Below, piece after piece: positions 37,137 to 50,064 of a stretch of DNA of 64,000 bases (within the stretch, counting starts at the first letter, position 1; each line of letters opens with the position of its first letter). The translations under genes were made by a program, and so were the position numbers. The stretch covers positions 434,001-498,000 of the forward strand of contig NW_019029003.1 in the NCBI RefSeq assembly GCF_002105155.1. Direction: 5' to 3'. The DNA comes from Lobosporangium transversale. Its lineage: Eukaryota. Under the pieces are notes generated by a model. The model searched no databases, was not told where the DNA came from, and worked only from the letters and a program-made list of their open reading frames with translations.

Positions 37137-40100
37137 ATGGAGCCTCAGGATCAGGCCTTCTCACACCGACCAATGGGGGTGCATTTGGACCAAGATCCCA
37201 ACACTGTAAACAATGTTTCAGCATCATTATCCAATCACATTCATGACAGCAACCCATTGGTAACTACTCATTCACGGCACGGGAGCATTGTACGGGACGA
37301 CACTCGCGCTGCAAACGGCAATAGCAATAGTAATAGCAACATTCTTCCTTCTTCACGCACATCCTCATCCACTACGCTTATCAATCCATCATCTTCGTCT
37401 TCCTTATCTGCTCGTTTGCCTAGCGCTCCTCCTGCAAACCCACCGCCTCGTTTTTTTACTCGACCATATCGACGTACACAGGATCATCATCACTCACATC
37501 ATGGATCCATTCATAATCCAAGTGGCGGTCAGAGCAGTTCCAGTATCGGTGTTCGATCGGCTTTTCGAGACTTTGTATTACCCGCACAGATAATTCTCAT
37601 TTGTTCGATTCTCAATGCACTTTGGCCGACGATATCCAGGACCGTAACAACAGCACTGGAGTTCCTAGTTTTGGTTCTATCTTCCTATAGTGCCTGTGCA
37701 CGTCGCAGCGATGATTGCTACTTTTTGGAGCCGTTGATCCATGATGGGCAGGAGGCTGTCTATGTCGAGGCCATTCAGTGGACACTCCGAAGCGTTTTTT
37801 GCGTCTTACTGGTAGGTGGTACCTACTTTGTAAGCAAAAAAATTCAAAAGGTGTGTGGTAATGCTTTTATTCCAGTGAACCCCCTCAATCCGCCCTGAAT
37901 GTGCAAACAGATTATGTGCGCAAGATTATCCAATGGATTGTCTGTGTTAAGAAAGTAAAAGTGCAGGGGACGTAGTACAACACAAACCTGCAATCTTGAC
38001 ATGTATAATGTACGACGAGAGCTAAAAGCCTGCTGATGATCGTCACGTCATTAAACTAAATGGGAAGACCGACAACCAAGTCGGGCATAGAAGCAAAGTG
38101 GAAGAGTAAATCGGCATATTAATTGCTCATAAATATAAACACAGATCATGCAAGCGGACTTTGCATTATCGTAAAATTGCTGTTGTGTTTTTCATTGTGG
38201 TTGACATAAAACTTGCTTTCCTTTTTTTTATTTTTTTTATTTTTTTTATTTTTTTTTATTTTAGATTTGGATCGTTTTGGTCAGTAATAATTGGACGTGG
38301 CTCATGACATACCAGAAACGACTGTGGGTTTATGTGGTACGGATATTTCCTTGGAAAATCACTCGATCGAATAGCCAATCGACAGGGCAAAGTTTACGAC
38401 ACCAGCGAAAGCCATCATCTGCACCAGCTACAGACCAGTTCAAAGACACAGGAAGCCTTGTAGGATCGCCAACTCCAAGCCGTCATCATCCACGAAGGGC
38501 AGGGACCTCCAGCGCAATAGACACGGATGCTTTTTCAGCAGGTTCTGGATCAGAATCCAAAGCGCGGTTAAAAATAAAGGCTCGAAAAGGTAAAGCTTCT
38601 TCATCGGACAGCATCCATGATGCATCTATATCTTCCAACCGCTCGCCATCCTATAGTCACGCAAATAGCATAGTGGATAATGCAGGGAAAACAACATCTT
38701 TGGCATCTTCGGGAATATCCACGCAATCAAGGCAATTAAAAGCAAAATCAACCAAGACAAGAGTAGCTGATGCGGATACGCGTAATGGGTCTGAAATGGG
38801 GATAGAAACTACCACCGCCATGTATGAGACTGCAGATGATGGATATTTTATTTCAACAGATCGAAGGCGTCGGAGAAAAATGCGAGGGTTAAAGTCCAAT
38901 ACAGCCTCTAATTCTACAGAATCTCTTGTTAAGGTGTGTACAAGGAGCTTTAATCTTTTTTGCTATTTGAACAAGAGATATGTATCTCACCTATGAGATA
39001 TATCTATTCTAACGATTGCTATAGCCCATAGCCCCTTCTTCCCGAGAACAGGAATCTTCCTCCATCAACCCAAATACTACAATCCAGCCAACGTCCAATA
39101 CATTGCCTGAAGCCCAAGTTGCAAAAGCCTCAGACTCAAATCATGCGTCTTTAGTTTGCGAGCGAGAAAAAAAACACACCCATCATGAGCATTTGTCTCG
39201 GGATTCGAACACAACGACAGCACCTTCAAAGCCCAATATCTCAGTATCAAAGGCGGCGGACACATCAGAATCACAAGCCACCGAATTGAAGTTCATACAT
39301 CCATTGCATGCTCTCAACTCGACAAGCCCTATTGTGCGGTCAAAGTCATCGCACAAACGATCACAATCCGCTCATCTTCCCTCCGCTTCACGTTGGAGCA
39401 TTCCGCAAGCTTCAGCGCCAGGTGGTAAAAAGGCGGCTAAATCGTCTTTATGTCAAGTTTCATCTCCTGATACCTCGAGCGAGCCTAATGGATTGATGAA
39501 CCCGGCACAAACTAGCGAGGATAAATCAGAGAATGTGGCATCTAAGGATTATAGTCTTTTCAGTGATTCGTCTATATGGTATTCGCCTTTTCAGTCAGGG
39601 CTGGATATCTCTATTGAGAGCGACCAAGAGCATGGAAAACATAGATCTAGGTCGAACTCAGGGCCCAGGATACAGATTGATTCTTCTAATACCCAGAGCA
39701 ACCCCAATCTTAGTCAGTTGCTACCTCCCTCCTCATTTTTTGAATCATCGCCAAGAACACCAAGAATCATGCCCTTTAATCAGCATCATCAAGAAAACAC
39801 ACTGGACATCGAAAGATGGTCAACACGGAGATCGCCGCCACTATTAGCATCATCTACAGTTTCAATACAGGAGTCGGATTACGTGAACCCAAGGGATTAT
39901 TTTAGAGGTAGCCAGAGCGCCAGCAGTAGTAGGAGAGCATCGATTGAAAATAACTTGACGGAGTCATTGTTGTGCGGGAGATCAAGAATGTTTGCCTCGT
40001 CTCCTCCTAGTTCGTCAATTTCACGTCCATTGCCTCTATCAGAAGAAAATAATGGACTGATCTCAGGGTCGATATTTCTTCCACCTCAGTTTAACTCCTC

Positions 40101-41079
40101 AGCAACCCCTGCTGCTTCCACTGTTTTTGCATCCAATCCAGTTGCGTCGACTCCATCAGTCATAAATCACTCTATACGGACAGAAAACAGGTTCTCTGAT
40201 CCGATCGAGCCCCAATTTCCGGCGTTCATGAACCCTTGGGAAACAAACTACTCATACCAAACGGAACCGACTACATCAGAGGCTTTCCTCGCTTTCGGAT
40301 CCTCATCGACACTGAGTACTGTGGACCATGCTACTGATCGTGACCGGCACTCTAGTCTTCTCAGAGTTATGAATGCGGACAACAGGATTGGTTCAAACGG
40401 GAGTAGTGAGGGGTTACATCATATGCAAGACAAGGAAATCGAGAGAGAGGCTATCCGTCAAGGGTTTTTTTTCCCCAGCCTTGCTCATCATTCAAATGCT
40501 TCATTATCATCCGCCGATACAACAAGCTTTCATCCGTATGCTTCAATTGAAATGTCTTTAGCCGCAGCAGCAAATCAGCCACCGCCTCTCTTTAAGGAGC
40601 TGCAATACAATTTTGTGGAGTTGACAATACAAGATGTTATGAAAAATCAAGTTGCAACAGAGGAAAGCAATCAGATCCAATCATCTCCGATAGAAATCAA
40701 TGAAAAAAAGCCCAAGGACAGACATCGACATGGGAGATCTCGCTCAGGACACCACAAATCAGCCTCTCTAGGCTCATTTTTTTCATCCGGTCCGTCTGCC
40801 ACAGACGTACCAGACAGTGGAACCGTTGATGTTCAATCGAATACTAGAGGAACCTCTTCATCGAATCGTACCATACATAATGGCGGACTGACTATACATT
40901 CCAGGCAAGGGCGTTATCAAGGGCATGGAACTGGAAAGGATTTTGACGGAGCATCGACCATATCTGGGCGTCATCGTACTGTGACTGACCAAGAAACCCG
41001 ACATAAAAACGTTAGTAAACAACAGCACTTTGATTCTAACAGCTTAAAGCGATCATTAAAAAAGGATCATCACTTTTAG
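37137..41079 (+). CDS. Hypothetical protein with N-terminal hydrophobic segments and long Ser-rich disordered C-terminus (exons ~37137-37849, 38265-38932, ~39024-41079)
   Basis: Long ORFs 36957-37898, 38277-38996 and 39103-41079 with GT-AG boundaries; hydrophobic stretches such as IILICSILNALW and VFCVLLVGGTYFV. Confidence 0.65.
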
Positions 41080-41367
41080 AATAGATATGCTGTTACACTT
41101 TTTCATTCCCCTTTCTAGATTTATTAAAATAAAAGCGATGGCCTTTTTTATTTCTTCTTTTACATGGTACAAAGATATACAAATACAGTAGTATTATGAT
41201 TAATTGGCTTCCACAGATTGACGAAGTGCTCATGAACAAGCTTAGTTATCTGCAAACATATAGAATTCAAATGTGAGGTCAGAGCGTTACTCGTCTCAAA
41301 AGAATTGGCGACCTACAAGCTTCCGAAGGCCCATAAGTCTGTTCTGATCACGATAGACAATTAAATC

Positions 41368-41919
41368 CTATAACCGCCCTTGCTCCTTCAGTTGTTGTTT
41401 TTCTTCCTCGCTTAATGACCAGAATTCATCTACTTTACGCTTGTAGTATCTACGAATCTAAAGAGTGTTTTAAAATAGTAAAAAAAAGGACAACAAACAA
41501 GTTAATACGATGCAGGCAAGAGCGCATTCATAAACATGTAAAAAAATCACTTTGTTTTAATGAACAAAGCGTCAAATGATTCTCATACCGGTGTAAAGCA
41601 TGTCTCTTTGTCTCCAAAGTCCGCAAAGAGAGCAAAATAGCCACTCATTCCTAACCAAGCAAATGTTGTAAGAAGTAGTCAGATAGAGTCGAAGACTTGT
41701 TTAATAACTATGGGAGAAATAGAAAGACATGGTGCTATCGATTATAAACTTACCAATTGCAAGTGCAATGGTTGCAATGTGCAACTTTCGGAGACCTGGG
41801 CGAATGATGAGAGATTCTGGGGCAAGATTCCTACGTCTGTACTTTTCTTCTAGGAAGCGCCGCTTCTCCTCAGATATAGATGTATATTCATTTCGGGGAC
41901 TTTGATTAGGATTGTCCAT
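41368..41919 (-). CDS. Small 3-exon membrane protein (possibly mitochondrial)
   Basis: Spliced product ...LHIATIALAI|GMSGYFALFADFGDKETCFTP|IRRYYKRKVDEFWSLSEEEKQQLKEQGRL*; one hydrophobic segment, canonical introns. Confidence 0.7.
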
Positions 41920-42184
41920 TGTGTGCTAGTACCAGAAACAAATGGCAGAAGTGCTCATGTAAAATTTAAAAAATAAAGAGACTGCTTGGACACCCAAAGA
42001 TAAACAAATAATTTAGTGGCGTTTTTTTTTTTTTTTTTTTTTTTTTATGTTGTCTTTTTTGATAGAACCATGCCAAGGTTGCATCACCTCATCTCATCTT
42101 CTCTCTAGTCTTCTCATTACAACCAACTCATCGATTTAAATCTCAACTATCATCGACATCCTAATATTCAGAGAGCACACTATC

Positions 42185-45100
42185 ATGGTTCAAAAGAAGG
42201 GCAGCAAACCCGCACCCGTAAAAAAGGGGGCGAAATCGACCACACAAAAGAAAAAGGTATCATTGAAATCATAAAAGACAATTTTCTGCAACATTATCTT
42301 AAAAACAGAAATTCATCTAATCTCTCTCTTCTCTCTATCTTTTTCCTCTGAAGCCTGGGAACAGGAAAGATAAAAAAGATAAAACTGAGAAACAAATCAA
42401 AGTCCCTAATGTAGTTGTTCCCAACTTTGAGGTCTCTGACGATATCGAAATTGATGAAGAGGACATCGAGTTCTTTAAAGCGAATAGCCAGCTGTCTGGG
42501 TTTTTAAATAATATGGATGCCGTCAAATTAGCAAAGTATGCTCTCTGTATAGGAATCAGATTTTTGGTTGTTCCGCTTTGGTCATGACAACGGTTGAATA
42601 GCAGTAACAAATTTATTTTATCTGTTTTCTTTGTATCATTAAAAAAAAAAATATAAGAAATGAGATTATCAAGGCAAAGAAGAAAACAACAGTTGGGGCA
42701 TTGAAGAGAGGATCTGTTCAGGAAACAGTAGACGATATAGAATCAGAACCAGAATCAGTAGACTCTGCGGATAGTGACATAGAGGGCATGGACATTGATA
42801 TGGATGATGATAGCGATGGGGCTATGTCAGAGGATGATGAAATAGTAGAAATGGCAGATGGTCACTACGGAAGCTATGATGACGATAGTGAAGAAGGTGA
42901 GGATGAAAAAGAGCCTGGAGATCTGGACTCGGATGAAGAACAGGATTATGAGTTGGCACCTCGTAGGCCCGAAGGGTGGGCTGAAAAGAGCAGTATGCGT
43001 CTGCCTATTAAATTGGCGGATGGCCGCATTAAGGAGGTTAAAGATGATCGCATTCGACCAAGTGAAATAAAGACTAAGGAAAAGGAGGAGGCCGATGACA
43101 CAGAAGACGAAGAGGTAGAAATTGAAAGTAGTGACATTGCTGAAGATCAAATAGAGAAAGCGCAAGTAGATGAAGCCACGCCAGAGAAGAAGCTTCCCAA
43201 GAAGTTGATCTTGGCCCAAAAGAAGGAGGAAATGGCATCTATTGCTCAAACTATTATTGCTGATCCGGAATCAAATGTAGGTCGTTAAGCTGGGCTTCCT
43301 CCCGGAAATCACTACTTATTTTTTAGGTCTTATTTGAAAAACATCCGCTTATTTTGTTAATATTGATTTCGTTCATCACGTTCTTTTATGCACTTTATTA
43401 TTCACTCCGATAGCTTGGTGCACTCAAGAGGCTTAGAGCTTTGGCACAAGACCCCAGTGATGTGATAAAGAAGTTAGCCATGTTAACACAATTAGCCGTA
43501 TATAAAGATATTTTACCAGGATACAGGATTCGTCCACTGACAGAGAAAGAGCAGGGCGTCACCGTCTCCAAGGAAGTAGCCAAGCTACGAGACTACGAAC
43601 AATCACTTCTTCAGAATTATCAACATTATCTTCAAAGCCTTGAAAAAATTTTGTCGCAGGACAAGTCAGGGAAAGAAGACGAGGATGAACAGGAAACGAA
43701 CCATACAACAGCATCATTGACTGCCCCTGCTCCTACTGCCAGCTCGCTTACTAAGGATGAGTCTGCTAAAGAGGCAAAAGCTGATTTAGCTACGGTCGCG
43801 CTCCACTGCATGTGCAACTTACTGACAAGCTTGACACATTTCAATTTCCGTCTGAATTTGATGACTGCTCTGATCGTCAGGATGAGCCGGCGGCACTGGA
43901 GCGAACTTTCAGAGACTTGTAGCAAAGCGCTAAAAGATGTTTTTACAGAAGATGAATCTGGAGAGGCATCCTTGGATGCTGTCAAACTTATTACAAAAAT
44001 GATAAAATCCAAGTCGTATTTAATCCACCCCAATGTAATCAACGTCTTTTTATCGCTCCGACTCAAAGAGGAGCTGCCAACACGCCAAGGTGGCGAAGAA
44101 GATACCAATACTAGGAAGAGGAAGAAAAAGGAAAAGGTTCACATCAGCAAGAAAAACCGCAAATTGTTGAAGGCTAAGAAGGAAGTTGAGATTGAAATGA
44201 AGGAAGCAGAGGCCGTTGTGGACAAAGAGGAAAAGATGCGGGTGCAAACAGAAACATTGAAGTTGGTTTTCGTGACTTATTTTCGTATACTCAAGCATGC
44301 TCCGGGATCAACGCTCTTACCAGCCGTGCTTGAAGGTCTTGCTAAGTATGAAGTCATCATCATATACGACGCTATTAAGAATGACCTTTACTTTAATTTT
44401 ATTCCTATTCTACAGCTGACACAATTGATGTGGGTTCTCTTTTATTTTCATTTTCATTTGATAGGTTCGCTCATTTGATTAATGTAGAGTTTTTCACAGA
44501 TCTAGTTGAGGTACTCAAGAGAATCATGATCGGTGGTTCCGAAGTACAGCAGTTTGATCCATACAACCCCTCCAACCGCCGGACTCAATTGCTCTGTATT
44601 GTTACGGCTTTCCGATTGCTTCAAGATCAAGGAGAAGCTCTCAATATTGATTTGAAAGCATTTTATAATGAGTTCTATACTACTTTATTGACAGTGACTA
44701 TGAATCCCGATATTGAAGGAAATATCTTCGAGGCAGCAGAGGCATCGGCAAGGGAAAAGGAGAAACAAAAGCAGGCTTCTAAAGCTCAATGGAAAGGCAA
44801 AAATTCCAAGAAGACAGTAGAGGACGAAGTACTAGTGGTGTTTGACACGGACCGTGAGCTTATTTTGAAGGGATTTGAATTGCTATTCTTCTCTACAAAG
44901 GGTAAGATTCCAGTAATTCGATCGGCATCGTTCTTAAAGCGGATTGCGATTGCGTCCTTACAGTTCCCAAACAAATCAATGAAGGATTTTTTGAGCATCA
45001 TGAGGAGACTTATTCAGAAGCAGCCACAATTGGATCAGTTGTTAACGGGCTCGGATGAAGATCGGGCAGGAAACGGAGTGTATCATCCAGCGCTCAATGA

Positions 45101-45375
45101 TCCTGAGTTGTGCAACCCTATGGCTGCCAATCTATGGGAATTTGAGTTGATGAAGGTAAATAAGCAAAAAAAAAAAAAAAAAAAAAAAAGTATAACATAT
45201 TGTTGCAGTTTGAAAAGAAATGATTCTTACAGAACGCTTCATCTCTATTTACTCTCTTTAATACTCTGGACGGGAATAGTCGCATTTCGATCCAAAGGTG
45301 CGACAGATGGCACGCGAACTAGCTGCGTTTACGCCGAGTGCAGGCCAGCGCACGCACGATCGCACCATCAGATAG
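42185..45375 (+). CDS. NOC3: Nucleolar complex-associated protein 3
   Basis: RLPIKLADG, QLAVYKDILPGYRIRPLTEKE, EYEQSLLQNYQHYL-like segment, HFNFRLNL, QTETLKLVFVTYFRILK, VLEGLAK|FAHLINVEFF, DPELCNP..LWE (CBF/Mak21 domain). Confidence 0.93.
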
Positions 45376-45645
45376 AAGCTATCGCATTGGTCCATTGGCA
45401 TTTTCAATCCACTAACCCACTAACCATTTCAATGCAAAATTAAATTCATCGTAACATATTGGCATTTACAAAATTATATTTTTTTAAAACGAAAAATTCA
45501 GGGCAACGGTTAATTTGGTTCATCTGCCTGATTGTCTGTCTGAATGTCTGTTTGAATGTTTGTCTGATTCGATTCTTCCCTTCACATTATTAGTACTGAA
45601 CTACCTGACCACACTACATTTAGTACTACTGCTACTACATAAGAA

Positions 45646-47070
45646 ATGTCTTCACATCATCCTTCCCAACATTCAAAATACAGCTGTACTGGCTCATTAG
45701 ATGAGACATCTGTTTCATGTCAGAGGAAGCGTAGTGTTGAAGACCAGGAGCTAGACCAAGGTCAGAGTCAAAACTATGACCGGGAGCAGGGAGATAACGG
45801 AGCTATTACAACCACACCCGTCGTAAAGAAGGCTGCAACATCCCCTGAACTAAGAAAGGAACAGAACAGAGCTGCACAACGAGCATTTCGAGACAGGAAA
45901 GAAAGACATCTTCAACAGCTCGAAAACATGATCAGAGACCTTAAAGATCAACAAGTACATATGGTTACCCGCTTTCGACGCGAGGTCACAGAGCTCAACT
46001 CACGTCTTGAGACCACTATGCTTGAAAATCAATACTTGCGTGAAGTTGTTTTCGCATTCGAGACGGCACTTTGTAAAGGAGGGCATGTTGCGGTTTTACA
46101 AGATGTCAAACAGGAACTTTATCGCCATCATAATGAAAAGCATGCGCAAACACACCAAGCAAAGTCAGATATGGCTAGAAACATTGGATCAGATGCTACA
46201 GCTCAGCATGACGACTTTTCTGAAAAGTCAACAATACCATCCAAAGAAGCACCTCACCCTTTGACATTGCCTCTCACGGCTGTAGATCCTACGCATGACA
46301 TACTGTCCTATACTGTCAATCGGGAGATCCTTTATAGAGCGCCTCCGCTCTTTGTAACTGTTGCATCTGATGATGGAAAAATCACGACAATCAGATCACC
46401 TACAGAACCATTGTCAGCACCCCGCCCATCTTTTGTTGCACCGGGAACTCATCTACCCAAACATACAGACTACACAAAACATCCAACCGTATTTGATGAG
46501 CTTCAATCCTCATTATTCCCTCCAGGTACACTGGAGTCTCTGGTGCAGAGCGGCATGGCGACCCCACAGGAAGTTGTGAATGATAGTAATACTTTCTTTG
46601 AGCAGATTCCTTCGAATACCGCGGTCATGGGCGATGATCATGGATACTGCTCGGCAACAACTACTACGAACAGTCAACGGGTTCGAGGAGAAGGGGGTAT
46701 CAAAAACTATGCAACCAAAGTGGGACTTGTGAATGGTAACCATCGTCTGCAAAAGGAATTTTACATCATGGCGACATCTCCACCTGCAGTGGACCCGAAT
46801 ATTTCACCTCAGATCTATGAAATACCTCATGATTCAAGGATTGACTTGATTCCATGTCCCAAACTGCGGGCGCAGATGATTTTACACCAAAACAAATACA
46901 ATATCGACGAGTTGTTTCAGCTGCTGTTGGATAAAGCAATCTGCCATGGACCACCCATGGATGTACACAGCTGGGAATTGCCAGACGAGTTCTTTGATCG
47001 ATTTGGGTTCTTGATGGGTTTAGATATGGAGCGAATTCGACGCAAAGTGTGGCCACGGAAGGCGTTGTAA
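45646..47070 (+). CDS. bZIP (Yap/AP-1-like basic region) transcription factor with C-terminal DUF3425-like domain
   Basis: RKEQNRAAQRAFRDRKERHLQQLE plus zipper; C-terminal IDLIPCPKLRAQMI..CHGPPMDVHSWELPDEFFDRFGFL; single exon. Confidence 0.85.
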   Translation: MSSHHPSQHSKYSCTGSLDETSVSCQRKRSVEDQELDQGQSQNYDREQGDNGAITTTPVVKKAATSPELRKEQNRAAQRAFRDRKERHLQQLENMIRDLKDQQVHMVTRFRREVTELNSRLETTMLENQYLREVVFAFETALCKGGHVAVLQDVKQELYRHHNEKHAQTHQAKSDMARNIGSDATAQHDDFSEKSTIPSKEAPHPLTLPLTAVDPTHDILSYTVNREILYRAPPLFVTVASDDGKITTIRSPTEPLSAPRPSFVAPGTHLPKHTDYTKHPTVFDELQSSLFPPGTLESLVQSGMATPQEVVNDSNTFFEQIPSNTAVMGDDHGYCSATTTTNSQRVRGEGGIKNYATKVGLVNGNHRLQKEFYIMATSPPAVDPNISPQIYEIPHDSRIDLIPCPKLRAQMILHQNKYNIDELFQLLLDKAICHGPPMDVHSWELPDEFFDRFGFLMGLDMERIRRKVWPRKAL

Positions 47071-47866
47071 AAAGGATGCCAAAGCTAGGCGACACAAATT
47101 AGACTAGCCTAGGTCATACCGATTAAGACTAGACTAGGAACCGTTTCTTAGGGGGTAAAGTGATGTTACTGCAGACTACCATACAGCTGTTAGGTGCAAG
47201 TTTTTAAATCTGTGCTGGATTAATGTTGTCATTTTGCATCAGTCAGGGAATTTTGCCGTTTTTTTTTTTTTAAAATAAAAAAATTGCCGAGTGTACGTGA
47301 CAACAGTCGGAGTCAGAAAATTACTTTCTCACGGGTCTCCTCATTTTTATAAAAGGGACCTGTGTTGTTCGCTCTTTTTGGTTAGACCTTTTCAAATATA
47401 AATGATTTGCTTAACGAAATTCTTGTAATTGACGCACAGATCCTGTTTTTACGTTGACGCATCTAATCACATCATTTCTTTAGAAAGACACATTTTTATT
47501 TAGATAGATGGGGTGATCATAATAAAAGATATATATACCTTGATGAATGGGTTATCGGTATAGAAAGATGGGGTTGTAAACGTGAGGAGATAGGTATCCG
47601 AGACTCTTTGAGAAGAGGGAAAATAGAGAAATAGAGAAAAAGAGTGATAGTAAATTGGGTGGCTATAGTTATTGTCATAGCTTCTCGACAACCTTGATCT
47701 GTTTCTTCTGTTTGCTTGCGCGATATAAAAAAGGTTGGACATCTTCTACATCTTCTACTTTATTCCATCTCATTTTTTCTCTTATCTAATTCCATTCTTC
47801 CTTCTCTCTTGACGCACCCAATCTTTTTTTTTTTGCTTTCCTTCTCTCATCTCTTTCTTTTTACTA

Positions 47867-49373
47867 ATGTTTGCTCTTAGTCGTTCTCCCACAGTGGTAT
47901 CTATCGCCTCTGGTGCTGCTGCCGCTTCTCCCCTAAACCCCAGACTGCTTATCTCTGACGTACCCCATCTTTCCATCCGGTCTCGCTCCTATTTTTCTTT
48001 GCCTACCTCCCTCTATTCTTCTTTTTCTTCTCATTCATCCATCAAATCCTCTCCATTCATCCATCGTAACATTGTCAATCGTCCCGCCCCATCCTTTCTC
48101 TCTTCCTCATCCTCTCCTTCGAATCTCATTACAAAACGTACTAAAATGTCATCCGGTCCCACTAATTCCACCGAGCCGATACAGAAACCTTCTGGAGAAG
48201 CCTCTTCTGCTGCAGAGTCGCCCCGTATCAGCTCGCCAGTTCATCAACATGCGCGGTCGCACCCATTCTTCACCAAGTTTCAGCCGAGCACCGCTGGGTC
48301 CTCGGCTTTCTCCACTAGCAGTGCTGCTGGTTCGAGCAACAAGAGCATTGATGAAGCCATTGCGGCCGTTACATCTCAAAAAGTCGGTAGCAGTAGCCCT
48401 CGAGCCATGGCTGCTAATGCTACAGAAGCCATTATCAACAAACGCCTTAACGATTTTTGCCTCGACAGCGAGATCAAGCTGAGTGCGTCTACAGCTGACA
48501 CCAGCTGTTGCTCAGGTGTTCATGATCATCGCACAATTGACCAATCCGACTTCCCTCCTATCTCAGAGGAAGCACGAAACTTCTCTGAAAGGTTGCTAGG
48601 ACAGAATAAGGCATGGGCCCTTAAGACAGAAGAAGAGCGCCCCGGCTTCTTTGCAAAGCTGGAAAAGCAACAGAAGCCGCAGGTGCTGTGGATTGGTAAG
48701 TTCGAGTTCATGGTATTGTTTTAATATGAGATCAATCTTCTGACGGATCTTCTATCTGCATCAGATATAATACACGATACTGCTATCTTTATAATGAATC
48801 TCGGCCCTCATGCTCGTCTTTCACCATATTTTTGAACATGTAGGCTGTTCTGACTCGCGAGTACCCGCAAACCAGATTGTCAATCTCGACCCCGGAGAGA
48901 TTTTCGTGCATCGCAACATTGCCAATGTCGTGACTCATACAGACATGAACCTACTGTCGGTACTCGAGTATGCCGTCGATGTCCTTAAAGTACGCCACAT
49001 TATCGTCTGTGGACATTATGGCTGCGGTGGTGTTGCAGCTTCATTGACACAAAAGCAAATCGGTATAATCGACAACTGGTTGCGTAACATTAAGGATCTG
49101 TACACGATCCATCGAAAGAAATTTGAGGCCCTCCCAGAGGGCAGTAGAGAACAGCAGGATTTGTTGACTGAGCTTAATGTGATCCAGAGCGCGCTCAACG
49201 TCTGCCATACCTCGATTGTTCAGAAGGCTTGGAGCCGTGGTGCGGAGCTTAGCATCCATGGATGGTGCTACCGCTTGAGCGATGGAGTGATCCGCAATTT
49301 AGGTCTTTGCATTGAGGGGCCTGGCAATGTTGAAGATGTCTATCATCTTACTGAAGATGCTCGCGCTAAATGA
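47867..49373 (+). CDS. NCE103: Beta-class carbonic anhydrase (intron 48696-48843)
   Basis: QKPQVLWI|GCSDSRVP, GEIFVHRNIANVV, LEYAVDVLKVRHIIVCGHYGCGGV (Zn ligands Cys, His, Cys). Confidence 0.93.
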
Positions 49374-50064
49374 AATGGGGAAAATTAAACAAAATAAAAG
49401 ACTTTTAGGACAGTAAACATGCATTGGTCTAATTTTCGGTGCCATTACTCAAAGATAAATGCAGGGTTTATAGACGGTTTTGCTCTCATTCCACATCGGT
49501 GGTTGATGTGAAACCGATACAGTTTAATACTTTTTTTTTTTTTTTCTTCAGATAAACGGAACTTCTGTGCAAACAAATAGGATCCACAGGGCCCTCAATT
49601 GAAGAGGGTATCTTGGCATTGTACCTTGTACAGTATTATAGACTAATAGATATTCTCTACTGCTTGAATCAGCCCTTGAAGTCTTATGCATTTTTTATAG
49701 CAATCAACTCACTAATACGATCTTCAGTAAGTGGAGAGATACGAAAATAAATAAAGAAACATTTTTGCCGAATCATGGTATATCGTTACAATGGTGTGGC
49801 TAATAGAGCTGTGCAGGACCTTTTTTCTAATTTTTTTTAAAGTTTTTCGTACTCATTTTCTTCATTTAGTCCGAGCCATTTTGTTCCTGTCATGGCATTA
49901 GTAGATAAAACATAACCTTCCCCTTTGATCCACTCATTCTCTCTACTTTCATTACTTTTTTTTTTTATTTTTTTTTATTTTTTTTTTTTTATTTTCATCA
50001 GAGCTTAGACCTTGACAGAAAGCATTGGCTGTATAAATTATTATTGTAATAGTGTTGACGGGTC

